DNA of 64,000 bases from Candidatus Obscuribacteraceae bacterium (GCA_044229845.1 JBGASG010000011.1:1-64000); one strand, 5' to 3'. Positions 20,311 to 30,547 are shown, numbered from the stretch's first letter. Program-made: numbers and translations. Notes: generated by a model from the sequence alone, not told the origin.

Positions 20311-22720
20311 GCTTGGCATCCGCATTGGCAATAGCTCCTTCCATTTCGCTTACCATGAGCAGCGTCTTCAGAAATGCGTCTTCGTTGAGCGAAATGGAGT
20401 CGATACCTTGCTCGATCAAAAACCGCACCACTTCAGGATAATCGCTGGGCGCCTGTCCGCAAATGCCTATTTTGCGCTGGGCAGCCTTGGCTCCGGCAAT
20501 CGCCTTCGACATCGCAGATTTTACAGCAGCATCTCGCTCGTCGAACATCGAAGCCAAAAGTTCTGAATCTCGATCGACTCCAAGTACCAACTGTGTCAGG
20601 TCATTGGACCCAATGGAAAATCCATCGAATACTTCAGCAAAAGCGTCAACCGACAAAACATTGGCAGGCAACTCGCACATCACGTAGATCTCAAGCCCAT
20701 CTCGCCCTTGCACCAATCCGTTCGCCGCCAACTCCTCAATCACACGCGCACCCTCCCGCGGGGTTCGGCAAAATGGCACCATCAACTTGATGTTTTTCAA
20801 CCCCATTTGGGTTCGTACCCTGTCGATAGCCAGACACTCCAGCCAAAACCCATCTTTGTAGCGCTCATCGTAATAGCGGCAAGCGCCTCTAAAACCGATC
20901 ATCGGGTTTTCTTCATGCGGTTCAAAGTATTGACCGCCCAGCAGACTGGCATATTCGTTGGTTTTAAAATCCGACAATCGCACAATCACAGGGCGCGGAT
21001 AGAATGCAGCCGCGATGGTACCGATACCCTCGGCCAGTTTCGTGACGAAATAGTCGGCCGGCGTCGCATACGTCTGCGTCAATCGATCAATTTCTCTTCG
21101 CGTCTCCCGATCGACGATACGGTCTTTATGCACGAGCGCCATCGGATGCGCCTTCACTTCATCGGTGATGATAAACTCTTCGCGCGCCAGTCCGACTCCG
21201 GCGCTCGGCAATAGAGAAGACTTAAAAGCACTCTCCGGATTCCCGATGTTGAGCATCAGATCTGTTCGTATGCGTGGCAGTTCATCGATCACCAGCTCTC
21301 GACGCTTGTAGGGTACCGCGCCGGAATAAACATTTCCCTGCGAGCCCTCCGCACAAGAAACTGTAACCAGGCTCGGTTTCTCAAAAACGCGTGTAGCATT
21401 GCCGGTACCGACAACGCAAGGGACTTTCAGCTCGCGACTGATAATCGCCGCATGGCAGGTTCTGCCACCACGGTTGGTGATGATCGCCGCTGCCTTCTTC
21501 ATGATCGGTTCCCAATCGGGGTCGGTCATATCAGCAACGAGGACATCACCTTCTTCGAACTTATGCAGTTCTTTCGGTGAGTTAATCACACGCGCGACAC
21601 CGGTGCCGACGGCATCGCCGATCGCCCGTCCGGAGAGTAGTGGCTGTCCGGGCTTTTGCAATTCGTAGGTGACTATGCGGTTGTACGTCGCTTGTTTATG
21701 GATCGTTTCAGGGCGCGCCTGGACTATGAATAATTCTCCGGTCAGCCCATCTTTAGCCCACTCGATATCCATCGGCGTCCAGTGCCCGTGACGCTGAGAG
21801 TAGTGCTCCTCGATCTTGACGCCCCACTTCGCAAGTTGAATTGCCTCTTTGTCCGAAAGACTCAAGATTTCGCGCTCGTGCGGCAGGACATCTAAATTTT
21901 GCGTTCTCTCGGCGCTGTGCTCACGGAGAATCATTTTGCATTGCTTGGCTCCCACCTTGCGACGTATCACAGGATCGGGCGCCGTGCCGAGCGTCGGTTT
22001 GAAAACAATGATCTCATCGGGATCGACCCGCCCTTGCACGATGTTTTCTCCCATCCCCCAGGCGGACGTAATCAGAACCACATTCTTGTGTCCGCTTTCC
22101 GGGTCGAGGGTAAACATCACTCCCGAACAGGCAAGGTCGGAGCGCACCATTTGCTGGACGCCTATCGAAAGCCGCACCGCCATATGGTCAAAACCCTTGT
22201 CTATTCGATAAGAGATCGCCCGGTCTGTGAAAAGGGAAGCAAAGCAGTCAAGACAGGCATCCAACAAGTCGAGCACGCCTCTGACATTGATAAACGACTC
22301 TTGTTGTCCGGCGAAAGATGCGTCCGGCAGGTCTTCGGCTGTAGCACTGGAGCGGACCACCACCGCCACATTCTTGCCCAGTTTCTCCTCGAGATCTATG
22401 TATGCGCGCGCTATCTCGTCCTTCACTTCAGCGGGGATACCTGTTCGGCGCATCAACTCGCGAGCCTTTCGACCAGCCTCGGCAATCGAGCGCACATCGC
22501 CCGGCTTGATGTCGCTCAGGATGCCGCGCAATTTGTCTTCGGCGCCTTCCGAACTGAGAAGCAGCGAATATGCATCAGCTGTAATCACAAATCCAGTCGG
22601 GACGCTGATGCCGTCTTCAGTCAGTGACCCTAACATCTCGCCCAGCGAAGCATTTTTTCCGCCTACTAAATCTATATCGGAAAGATTGACTGCCTCGAGG
22701 TTTCGCACGAATAGATACAT
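20285..22720 (-). CDS. ppsA: Phosphoenolpyruvate synthase
   Basis: VGGKNASLGEM, VRSSATAEDLPDASFAGQQE, GGRTCHAAIISRE, EENPMIGFRGA, FSIGSNDLTQL. Confidence 0.97.
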   Translation of the reverse strand: MYLFVRNLEAVNLSDIDLVGGKNASLGEMLGSLTEDGISVPTGFVITADAYSLLLSSEGAEDKLRGILSDIKPGDVRSIAEAGRKARELMRRTGIPAEVKDEIARAYIDLEEKLGKNVAVVVRSSATAEDLPDASFAGQQESFINVRGVLDLLDACLDCFASLFTDRAISYRIDKGFDHMAVRLSIGVQQMVRSDLACSGVMFTLDPESGHKNVVLITSAWGMGENIVQGRVDPDEIIVFKPTLGTAPDPVIRRKVGAKQCKMILREHSAERTQNLDVLPHEREILSLSDKEAIQLAKWGVKIEEHYSQRHGHWTPMDIEWAKDGLTGELFIVQARPETIHKQATYNRIVTYELQKPGQPLLSGRAIGDAVGTGVARVINSPKELHKFEEGDVLVADMTDPDWEPIMKKAAAIITNRGGRTCHAAIISRELKVPCVVGTGNATRVFEKPSLVTVSCAEGSQGNVYSGAVPYKRRELVIDELPRIRTDLMLNIGNPESAFKSSLLPSAGVGLAREEFIITDEVKAHPMALVHKDRIVDRETRREIDRLTQTYATPADYFVTKLAEGIGTIAAAFYPRPVIVRLSDFKTNEYASLLGGQYFEPHEENPMIGFRGACRYYDERYKDGFWLECLAIDRVRTQMGLKNIKLMVPFCRTPREGARVIEELAANGLVQGRDGLEIYVMCELPANVLSVDAFAEVFDGFSIGSNDLTQLVLGVDRDSELLASMFDERDAAVKSAMSKAIAGAKAAQRKIGICGQAPSDYPEVVRFLIEQGIDSISLNEDAFLKTLLMVSEMEGAIANADAKHEGAVVAH

Positions 22721-22802
22721 GAGTTAGCTCCTTGCGCCCTGATTACCATATTGTCGGCGGTGCCGCGCTCATTTCCATTGACTTCAAGACTGATACAGCC
22801 CC

Positions 22803-22818
22803 TCCTCCTTTTGGTTGA
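22803..22818. promoter_or_regulatory. Island palindromic box (TCCTCC-TTTT-GGTTGA)
   Basis: Between divergent ppsA (82 bp away) and the hydrogenase operon (54 bp away). Confidence 0.6.
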
Positions 22819-22872
22819 TCCTGCCAGTCGGCAATTCTGTCAAAATCATGGTCGGCTGACCCAGAGGGGCAA

Positions 22873-23373
22873 ATGGCTGATCCGACGAACAGAGAAATCG
22901 CAGTTATTGGACTCGGAAACACCTTGAGAGGCGATGACGGTGTTGCCATGGCTCTGCTCGAGCATCTAGAAATCTCAGATACCCATGACTGGCACTGCTT
23001 TCCGTTAGGCACATTTTCGACCTTGATCGGGCAGTGTTTCAGAGGACAGAAGAAAGTCCTGATCATCGACGCCGTACACACCGGTGTCCGTCCGGGCACC
23101 CTGATTCTGATAGACCTGAGCCCGCCGCTTTCGACTTTGACACCGGGACGAATGCGGACGACTCACGGATTCTCATTCCTGGATGAAATCCAGATCCATC
23201 AGCAGTTCCTGCCTGAGCAGATCTGGTTTCTCGGCATCGAATCTGATGAATGCGGCGCCGGCGAGAAGCTGAGCGCCGCCATGCAATTACGTCTGCCCCA
23301 GCTGGTACAAGAAACCAGGAAAGTGCTAACTTGTATGGCCGCAAACGAGCCCGTCAGCTTTTACACAAGTTAG
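22873..23373 (+). CDS. Hydrogenase maturation endopeptidase (HycI/HybD family)
   Basis: GLGNTLRGDDGV, IIDAV, TTHG motifs. Confidence 0.92.
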   Translation: MADPTNREIAVIGLGNTLRGDDGVAMALLEHLEISDTHDWHCFPLGTFSTLIGQCFRGQKKVLIIDAVHTGVRPGTLILIDLSPPLSTLTPGRMRTTHGFSFLDEIQIHQQFLPEQIWFLGIESDECGAGEKLSAAMQLRLPQLVQETRKVLTCMAANEPVSFYTS

Positions 23374-23387
23374 TCCAAGAGTGACGT

Positions 23388-23774
23388 ATGCACGAATCAG
23401 CCATTGCCCAGAACATCTTGAAGATTGTCGAAACCAAGCTCTCCGCTCAGAGCCAGCACCCATCGGCAGGCGTTCTCCAGGCAGTGCACGTTGCCATCGG
23501 CGAGTTCCGCAATGTTGACCCGCAAAGCCTGGAGTTCGCCTTCGACTCATTAAAGACCGGCACCGATTGCCGCGCTTGCCGGCTCCAGATCGAAATTCAA
23601 ACCGCTCTGGCCCGTTGTGCAAGCAGCAACCACTCATATCGCCCCAGCCTCGAAAACGGCTTTCGCTGCACCGAATGCGGTGCCGGCATCGGTTATATGG
23701 AGCGGGGCGAAGAACTCGAGATTCGCGGATATACTTACACATCCCAGGCTGAGGAGCAATCGTCTTATGCATGA
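23388..23774 (+). CDS. hypA: Hydrogenase nickel metallochaperone HypA
   Basis: MHESAIA start, SLEFAFD, CTEC, GEELEI. Confidence 0.93.
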   Translation: MHESAIAQNILKIVETKLSAQSQHPSAGVLQAVHVAIGEFRNVDPQSLEFAFDSLKTGTDCRACRLQIEIQTALARCASSNHSYRPSLENGFRCTECGAGIGYMERGEELEIRGYTYTSQAEEQSSYA

Positions 23775-24426
23775 AACCGGCGACCCCCATCTGGTGGAAA
23801 AGATCCTGCAGAATAATGAAGACCTGGCTGCCCACAATCGCGAGCACTTCGATGAGCTGGGGCTGACGGCAGTCAACTTCATGAGCGCACCGGGCGCGGG
23901 CAAGACAACGTTGATTGCGTCCGTTCTGCACTTTCTGAGCGCTGCTTTTTCGGTGCGGGTAATTGAAGGCGACATGGTCGGCTCGCTAGATGCGGACCGG
24001 CTGAGAAAGTTGGGCGTCCAGGTCGAGCAAATATCCACCGGGCGTAGCTGTCACCTGGATGCACAAATGGTGGCACGAGTGTTGCACGACTCGCCCTTCT
24101 TCGAGAACTGCCAGTTTCTGATTATCGAAAACGTGGGTAATCTCGTCTGCCCGGCTGAGTTTCCACTTGGCGAACATAAGCGTGTGGTGTTGCTCTCGGT
24201 CACGGAAGGTGATGACAAGCCACTTAAGTATCCCGTGATTTTCCGCAATTGTGACGCCGTGGTCTTCACTAAGTGTGATCTGCTTCCTCACGTGTCATTC
24301 TCAATTGACCAGGCAGAGCATGCGATTCTCGGCATTCAACCGCAGTCCGAAATATTCCGCGTGTCGGCAAAGACAGGTGAAGGTATTGAAGAATTCGCTG
24401 CGTATTTGAGAGCTTTGCGTGCCTGA
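23767..24426 (+). CDS. hypB: Hydrogenase nickel incorporation GTPase HypB
   Basis: SAPGAGKTTL, CHLDA, ENVGNLVCPAEF, EGDDKPLKYP; ATG 23767 overlaps the hypA end. Confidence 0.96.
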   Translation: MHETGDPHLVEKILQNNEDLAAHNREHFDELGLTAVNFMSAPGAGKTTLIASVLHFLSAAFSVRVIEGDMVGSLDADRLRKLGVQVEQISTGRSCHLDAQMVARVLHDSPFFENCQFLIIENVGNLVCPAEFPLGEHKRVVLLSVTEGDDKPLKYPVIFRNCDAVVFTKCDLLPHVSFSIDQAEHAILGIQPQSEIFRVSAKTGEGIEEFAAYLRALRA

Positions 24427-24638
24427 TGTGTATTGCTATACCAGTGCGGATTATCTCAATAGAGGGTCCGCGCGCCACAGTCGAGATCGGCCAAAACACC
24501 CAGAGCATTTTGCTGACCGTAGATGCAAAAGTCGGTGATTGGGTGCTTTTGCATGCAGGGGCAGCCATCGGGCTCGTCGATGAAGAGTTTGCCAGACAGT
24601 CACTCCAGCTATTGTCTAGAATCAATCGACCAGATTGA
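24426..24638 (+). CDS. hypC: Hydrogenase assembly chaperone HypC/HybG (copy 1)
   Basis: MCIAIP start, VGDWVLLHAGAAI. Confidence 0.92.
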   Translation: MCIAIPVRIISIEGPRATVEIGQNTQSILLTVDAKVGDWVLLHAGAAIGLVDEEFARQSLQLLSRINRPD

Positions 24639-24745
24639 TAAACTTCCGGCAGTTAAGTCTTTCGGAGCATAGCCAACTGTTCGACCGGACGATGTCCGGC
24701 AAGGTTCGTCCGCGGTCAAATAAAGAGGTCGGAGGGCTTCTAGCA

Positions 24746-25822
24746 ATGGACCGTTTCTGCATACTGAATAAAAGCGACTTGCCACAATTGTTCGCCTGCC
24801 TGCAATCCTTCGGTCAGGTGTACGCGCCACGTCCGGTCTCAGAGCAGTCGTTTGCTTACAAAGCAGTGAATAGCGTAGACGAAATTTCAATGGCAGCCTT
24901 GCGCACGATCCTGCCTGCCAAGAAATTCTTTTATCCCGGCAACGAAGAGGTACTGCGCTATCAAAACGGCGAATTGATTGATCCGCTGGACCAGTCAGCA
25001 GATGGCTCAAACGCCGCCCCCAGGCAGGTCGTATTCGGCATTCACCCTTGCGAACTGGCAGGTATAGCAGTTCTAGACAAAATATTCGCCGCTCAACCTG
25101 CCGATCATCACTATTTGCTGAGACGGAAAAACACCCTACTGGTAGGCACTGGATGCATGCCGGACCAGCACTGTTTCTGCAAATCGACGGGCACGGATAT
25201 GCCGGAGTCGGCTTACGATCTGTTTCTCACCGATCTGGGCGACGAATTGATGCTGCAGGTGAGAACGCCACTGGGTGAATCCGTGGTGTCGGGTCTCGGT
25301 TGCCTGCAGGACGTTGATGCCATGGGAACCGGCGCCGATGTCTGCAAGGACAAATACCAAAATTTCTACATGCAACGCGCTGCCGCTTTTACCGCCGAAT
25401 TCGACGGAGAAGACCTGGCAGCCACCCTGGATGAAACGTGGCATAGCCCGGCCTGGGAAGAACTGGGTAGCCGCTGCTTGAGTTGCGGCAACTGCACTCC
25501 CGTCTGTCCCACCTGTTATTGCTTCGATCTGGTGGACGTAGCAGAACTGGACGGCTCAGCCAGTCGCCACCGCGAATGGGACAGTTGCCAGATTGCCGGA
25601 TTTGCCGGTGTCGCCGGCGGCTTCAACTTCAGACCGACGCCGGTCGATCGCTTGAAGTTCTGGTATCGCCACAAGCTTTACGGCTTCGAAGATCCATACG
25701 GTTTCCCGACTTGCATAGGTTGCGGTCGCTGCACTGTTTCTTGCCCGGCGGGCATCGACGACATCGTCGGCATGGTCAAAAGATTGCAGTCCGAAGCAAG
25801 GAGTCCCCAAGATGGCAACTAG
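24746..25822 (+). CDS. hydB: Group 3b [NiFe]-hydrogenase (sulfhydrogenase) beta subunit, 4Fe-4S dicluster
   Basis: FGIHPCE, CFC, RCLSCGNCTPVCPTCYCF, WDSC, CIGCGRCTVSCPAGID (AsrA/HydB family); ATG 24746 with GGAGG. Confidence 0.92.
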   Translation: MDRFCILNKSDLPQLFACLQSFGQVYAPRPVSEQSFAYKAVNSVDEISMAALRTILPAKKFFYPGNEEVLRYQNGELIDPLDQSADGSNAAPRQVVFGIHPCELAGIAVLDKIFAAQPADHHYLLRRKNTLLVGTGCMPDQHCFCKSTGTDMPESAYDLFLTDLGDELMLQVRTPLGESVVSGLGCLQDVDAMGTGADVCKDKYQNFYMQRAAAFTAEFDGEDLAATLDETWHSPAWEELGSRCLSCGNCTPVCPTCYCFDLVDVAELDGSASRHREWDSCQIAGFAGVAGGFNFRPTPVDRLKFWYRHKLYGFEDPYGFPTCIGCGRCTVSCPAGIDDIVGMVKRLQSEARSPQDGN

Positions 25823-26666
25823 CACAAGTTCTGATTCTACGTATATGCCATCGCGTGCGGTGGTGCTTTCGATTACCGAATTGACCGAGACCGATCGTTT
25901 ATTCACACTGGAAATATCCGACGAAAAGCTGCGGGACTGCCGTCCCGGTCAGTTCGTTCAGGTGTATTTACCGGGCGTCGGGGAGTGCCCGATTTCGGTC
26001 TGCTCAGGACTGGTGGGGGAAACAATACAATTGTGCGTCCGGCGCATCGGTCGTGTTACCGGCGCACTGTTTCAACTGCAGGTAGGTGATTATCTATTTC
26101 TGCGCGGTCCATATGGACAGGGATTTCCCGTGGACTCGCTACGAGGCAAAAACATCGTGATGGTGGCGGGCGGACTGGGTATTGCTCCCGTACGCTCGGT
26201 CTGGCAATATTTGCTCGCCCATCGAGAAGATTATGGACGGATTGTCCTCATCTACGGTGCCCGCAATCTGGTCGACCTGCTGTTCGCGAATGAACTGCAG
26301 GACATCGCCCACGGTGGCGGCATCGAGATTGAAATCGCCGCGGAGGAGACAGAAAAATCCAATTGGTGCGAGGTGCCGATCTTTAGAGGCGTGATTACGC
26401 GCCCCTTGCATGCACTGGACATGGATGCATCCTTCGCCGCAGTTGTATGCGGACCACCGGCCATGTACAGGTACGTGATTGCCGAACTGGAAGCAAAAGG
26501 CGTCAGTCCAGAAGATATCTACATTTCCCTTGAAAGACACATGAAGTGTGGTGTCGGCAAGTGCGGGCACTGTTTCATTGGCGGTCGATTTACTTGCAAA
26601 GCCGGTCCCGTGTTTTCGGTGTCCAGCATGACTGCCTGGCCGGAAGCTATGGAGTGCGCATCATGA
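25812..26666 (+). CDS. hydG: Group 3b hydrogenase gamma subunit (FAD/NAD(P)-binding, 2Fe-2S)
   Basis: PGQF, GPYGQGFP, AGGLGIAP, VCGPPAM, SLERHMKCGVGKCGHC…C.AGPVF. Confidence 0.93.
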   Translation: MATSTSSDSTYMPSRAVVLSITELTETDRLFTLEISDEKLRDCRPGQFVQVYLPGVGECPISVCSGLVGETIQLCVRRIGRVTGALFQLQVGDYLFLRGPYGQGFPVDSLRGKNIVMVAGGLGIAPVRSVWQYLLAHREDYGRIVLIYGARNLVDLLFANELQDIAHGGGIEIEIAAEETEKSNWCEVPIFRGVITRPLHALDMDASFAAVVCGPPAMYRYVIAELEAKGVSPEDIYISLERHMKCGVGKCGHCFIGGRFTCKAGPVFSVSSMTAWPEAMECAS

Positions 26667-27436
26667 AGTCCGCCACCGACACCGATTTACCTTCGATCGC
26701 TGTGTACAGCCTGACCGGCTGCGCAGGTGAATTGCTGATTATTCTGGAAAATTTGGATGCGATTTTGCCTTACGCACGAGTGGCAAGTTTTCCATTCGCG
26801 CAATCAAAAAATCAGTTAGCCGATGTCGACATCGCCTTCGTGGAAGGAACGGTCAGCCAGCCTCACGATCTGGAAAAGCTCAAAGAGATACGAGCCAACT
26901 GCCGGCACCTGGTCGCCGTTGGCACTTGCGCCGTCTGGGGTTGCGTGCAGAAGGGTTGTGCCACCAAAACCGCCAGGGAGCTTTCCAAAGCTGTTTATGG
27001 ACCCGACAGCAGCGTCACCTGCTTTGATCCGGAACCGCTGGAGAAATTTGTGCATGTTGACGTAAAGTTGCCGGGATGTCCAATAGATTCAACGCAGTTT
27101 CTGGCTGTGACTGCCAGCCTCTTAAGGGACCACCTGCCTTACATCAAGCACAAGCCTGTTTGTCTGGAGTGCAAACTACGCGAGAATGCCTGCGTCTTAA
27201 TTGAAAAGAACCTGCCTTGCCTCGGACCGGTCACAGCAGCCGGCTGTGGAGCTCTCTGCCCGACCGTCGGGGCTGCCTGCTATGGCTGCTTCGGTCCCTG
27301 CGACATGCCTCAGATGGCAGCAATGGCGCAGATATTGTTCGAGAAGGGATTCTCACTTTCGGAGATCATCAGTCGCCTGGTATCCTTTGGTGCACCGCGC
27401 GAACTGTTCTCTCGTATGGAAGTGAAAACAGCCTGA
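26663..27436 (+). CDS. hydD: Group 3b hydrogenase delta (small) subunit
   Basis: LTGCAGE, FVEGTV, GTCA..G, LPGCP, VCLECK..EN.C…CLGPVT.AGCGALCP…CYGCFGP. Confidence 0.92.
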   Translation: MKSATDTDLPSIAVYSLTGCAGELLIILENLDAILPYARVASFPFAQSKNQLADVDIAFVEGTVSQPHDLEKLKEIRANCRHLVAVGTCAVWGCVQKGCATKTARELSKAVYGPDSSVTCFDPEPLEKFVHVDVKLPGCPIDSTQFLAVTASLLRDHLPYIKHKPVCLECKLRENACVLIEKNLPCLGPVTAAGCGALCPTVGAACYGCFGPCDMPQMAAMAQILFEKGFSLSEIISRLVSFGAPRELFSRMEVKTA

Positions 27437-28788
27437 TGGCAGAAGCAGAAAGAAAAACCATCTATATCCCAGAGATTTCGCGGGTCGAAGGACACGCGGC
27501 TGTCGATGTGGTAATCGAGAATGGATGCGTCAAAGAGGTAAAACTGGACGTTTTCGAAGGCACCAGATTTTTCGAGCAAATCGTTGTCGGTCACAAGTTT
27601 GACGAAATAGCCCATCTCACCTCGCGTGTTTGCGCCATCTGCTCCACCGGTCACGTCATTGCCGCCGTGCGAGCCATCGAAACGATCTTTTCACTACAGC
27701 CAAACCGCCGCACCGAGCTGTACAGAGAACTGATGCATCTGGGCATGATCATCGAATCGCACGCAACACACATTTACGCCTTAGCGCTGCCGGATTTTCT
27801 GAACACACCGGATTTGGTGTCATTCGCTACAGGACATCCTGACAGATTCGCCGAATGGACGTTGCTGCGCAATCTGGGCGCTTCCATTCAGACAGCCATC
27901 GGTGGTCGCCCATTTCACCCCGTCAATCTGCACGTAGGCGGTCTCTCCTTTTATTCGCCGGCGGAAGACATCCAACACTTCACTGACTCTTGTAAGCAAG
28001 CATTGCCGGTTGCCGAATCGGTCTGTCGGCTGCTTTTGGAATTCAAACCAAGAGTGGCGCGCACCACGCAACCTGTGTTTCTCGCTCTCATACCAGATAG
28101 CGGCAACTATGGTTTCTTCGGACAGAAAGTACGTTGCAGCGCCGGCTGGGAAGCAGACATTCAGTCTTATCCCGACTACTTGATGGAACATTCGGTGCCG
28201 TACAGCCACGCAAAAAAATCCGCGGCTCGCGGGCAATCTTTGATGGTGGGCTCGATGGCGCGGCTGGCGTTATTTGGAGATCGCTTGGGAGGCAGAGCCA
28301 GGGAGCTCTTTGTCGAGAGTCCACTGGCGGATTCTGATACCAATACACTCTGGAACAACCTCGCTCAAGCAATCGAAGTTGTATATGCGCTGGAGAGAGT
28401 GCCGCAGATCATCGCTGAGATCGAAAGCCTGCCGTCCAGCATCACAACGCAAGAGCCGGTCACCGGCTGCCGGCAAGCGGGCTGGGCCGCCGGCGCTGTA
28501 GAGTGCCCGCGCGGCACGCTCTATCACTCTTACGAGTTGGATGCTGAAGGCACCATATTGCGAGCCGACATGATTACCCCATCCGCACAAAACACTGCAC
28601 GCATCGAGCTGGACATCAAAGAAGTCGTCGAGAACGAGCAGAACAACACTGACGCAACTGACTCGAACAGCCTGCAGAAGCAGCTAGAAACACTTGTAAG
28701 AGCCTACGACCCCTGCAACACCTGCGCCACGCACATGGTGCAAATCACTCATGTCCCGCCGGAGCAACTCGCTGCTCCTGATCGTTGA
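27436..28788 (+). CDS. hydA: Group 3b [NiFe]-hydrogenase alpha (large, catalytic) subunit
   Basis: ISRVEGH, RFFE, L1 SRVCAICSTGH, ECPRGTLYH, L2 RAYDPCNTCATH followed by a C-terminal cleavage extension. Confidence 0.95.
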   Translation: MAEAERKTIYIPEISRVEGHAAVDVVIENGCVKEVKLDVFEGTRFFEQIVVGHKFDEIAHLTSRVCAICSTGHVIAAVRAIETIFSLQPNRRTELYRELMHLGMIIESHATHIYALALPDFLNTPDLVSFATGHPDRFAEWTLLRNLGASIQTAIGGRPFHPVNLHVGGLSFYSPAEDIQHFTDSCKQALPVAESVCRLLLEFKPRVARTTQPVFLALIPDSGNYGFFGQKVRCSAGWEADIQSYPDYLMEHSVPYSHAKKSAARGQSLMVGSMARLALFGDRLGGRARELFVESPLADSDTNTLWNNLAQAIEVVYALERVPQIIAEIESLPSSITTQEPVTGCRQAGWAAGAVECPRGTLYHSYELDAEGTILRADMITPSAQNTARIELDIKEVVENEQNNTDATDSNSLQKQLETLVRAYDPCNTCATHMVQITHVPPEQLAAPDR

Positions 28789-29251
28789 CGGCTATTTGCC
28801 GATTAGTCATTTTTTTGAGTCTCTTTTTCTGCTTCAGTTTTACAACTTCCACAGAGCATGGAGCATCATGAACCACAGCCTCGGCGACACTGCCCAGAAC
28901 GGCGTGCTCAAAGCCCTGGCGTCCATGCGAGCCAATGACGATAAGATCGGCATCCCATTCCCTGGCCACTTGAGCTATTCGATTGCGCGCATACCCCTGT
29001 TCCAGCCTGGTTTCCACCACGACTCCAGTGTCAGGTCCGCTCAGTTGACTGTAGCGCTCAACTGCTTTGGCCAAAATTTTTGTTTGCGAGTCTATCACTT
29101 CGCCCGGCACGAATAGTCCGTAAGCCGGCGCCAGAGGCTCAGCCACCGAAAGAATTAAAATCTGCGAACCCGCCGGCCATTGACGCTGTGCCACTTTGTC
29201 CAGCGCCATTTGGCTGCACTGAGAGTTGTCGATGGCAATCAAAATCTTCAT
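28745..29251 (-). CDS. Universal stress protein
   Basis: MKILIAIDNS, WP.G, ADLIVIGSHGRQG…LGSVAEAV..APCSVEVV. Confidence 0.93.
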   Translation of the reverse strand: MKILIAIDNSQCSQMALDKVAQRQWPAGSQILILSVAEPLAPAYGLFVPGEVIDSQTKILAKAVERYSQLSGPDTGVVVETRLEQGYARNRIAQVAREWDADLIVIGSHGRQGFEHAVLGSVAEAVVHDAPCSVEVVKLKQKKRLKKMTNRQIAVNDQEQRVAPAGHE

Positions 29252-29371
29252 GGCTGCACTCCGCAGGGACCGATTGGTTATGCATCCAGTTTCCGATTTT
29301 TTTCGCCGACGGGCATCCTTCAAGTTAGGTATCTCTCTTGTGAAGCTGAATAGACTTCAGGCATTTGTCAA

Positions 29372-29387
29372 TCATCCTAAAGGATGA
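29372..29387. promoter_or_regulatory. Perfect island palindromic box TCATCCTAAAGGATGA
   Basis: 7-2-7 palindrome between the divergent USP and rhodanese genes (79 bp from the rhodanese ATG); identical copy at 44774. Confidence 0.8.
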
Positions 29388-29466
29388 GTCAAGGATCAAT
29401 CTTCGTGTGCATGCGCCGGTTGAAAAGGAATTCGATAATTGCTTGCAGGGATAAAGTAGGTTTCTC

Positions 29467-29988
29467 ATGAAGTTCGACCGCATCACCGTCAACAACGTCT
29501 ACAGTGCACTTAAAGAAGACGCCACCAGCTGCGATCTGGTCGACGTGCGCGACTTGAGCGATTTTCTCGATGAGCACATCGAAGGCAGCGTCAACGTGCC
29601 CCTGATGCACTTGACGAAAAAGTCGGCGGCGATTTCCAGAAACAAGCCTGTCTATCTAGTCTGCACCAATGGCAAGCTGGCGACAGACGCGGCGGAAACC
29701 CTGCGTGGACAGGGTTTCGAAAATGTCTATGTAATGGCGGGCGGATTGCTGGCCTGGAATGCGCAGGGTTTTCCGGTCAAACACGGAAGACATAGCTGGC
29801 TCTACAAACGGGAAGGACGCATAGCAGCAGGGCTGACCATCTTGCTGTTCGCGTTGATATGCTGCGACGGCAGCTGGAAAGCGGCAATCGTGCCTGGCAT
29901 TTTTGCCACCGTGCTGATCGCCTCCGCCTTCGCCGATCTGGTCTGGGCATGGTTGTGCCCAGCCGCCCCTGAAGAGAGGAAGGTCTGA
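29467..29988 (+). CDS. Rhodanese-domain membrane protein (YgaP/DUF2892-like C-terminus)
   Basis: LVDVR..F..HIEGS, active-site VCTNGKLA, GGLLAW, two C-terminal TM segments. Confidence 0.88.
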   Translation: MKFDRITVNNVYSALKEDATSCDLVDVRDLSDFLDEHIEGSVNVPLMHLTKKSAAISRNKPVYLVCTNGKLATDAAETLRGQGFENVYVMAGGLLAWNAQGFPVKHGRHSWLYKREGRIAAGLTILLFALICCDGSWKAAIVPGIFATVLIASAFADLVWAWLCPAAPEERKV

Positions 29989-29990
29989 CC

Positions 29991-30485
29991 ATGAAAGTAC
30001 TGGTGCCGCTGGACGACGCCCAATTGCTAGAACAAGTTGTCGAATTTATCATTGCGCAGAACCTCCCAGCGGAGACTCACTTTCGGTTATTGCATGTAAT
30101 TGAGTTCCAGCCGGACGAAGTGGCGCTGAGCTGTTCCTCCGAGGTGCACGTTTTCTTGCAGCAGCAGACTGAAGCGGCTGAAGGCCTGCTAACCAGTGCC
30201 GAAAAGCTAATAGTCAAGCATTACCCGCGCGCGTCGTGCACTCTGTCTGTTGTGCAGGGACTGCCGGTGGAGTCTATTCTGGAAGCAGCAACTGAATGGC
30301 AGCCGGATCTGCTTGTCATCGGCAGCCACAATCGGAAAGGGTTGGCGCACTTCTTCCTCGGTAGCGTCGCTGAAGCGGTATCAAAAAGCTGCAACTGCTC
30401 TGTTGCCCTGATCAGGCGCAAGGAAAGCCGGCTCGCCACGCCCTCAACGGCAGTAGAACTGGACACCCGCCCGATTGCATTCTAA
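29991..30485 (+). CDS. Universal stress protein
   Basis: MKVLVPLD; DLLVIGSHNRKG..FFLGSVAEAV. Confidence 0.92.
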   Translation: MKVLVPLDDAQLLEQVVEFIIAQNLPAETHFRLLHVIEFQPDEVALSCSSEVHVFLQQQTEAAEGLLTSAEKLIVKHYPRASCTLSVVQGLPVESILEAATEWQPDLLVIGSHNRKGLAHFFLGSVAEAVSKSCNCSVALIRRKESRLATPSTAVELDTRPIAF

Positions 30486-30547
30486 CGCGGGCGGTTAGCC
30501 TCTCAGATTTGTTACCATTTACCGGCACCTGAATAGGCGACCGGGAA

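Noticed and set aside
23617..27435. Long N-terminal extensions of hypB and hydrogenase subunits in the ORF track
   Set aside because: They overlap upstream genes. ATGs at 23767, 24746, 26663 and 27436 fit family N-termini and translational coupling or an RBS.
27436..28788. [NiFeSe] hydrogenase or recoding
   Set aside because: All four Ni-binding positions are ordinary Cys codons with no in-frame TGA.
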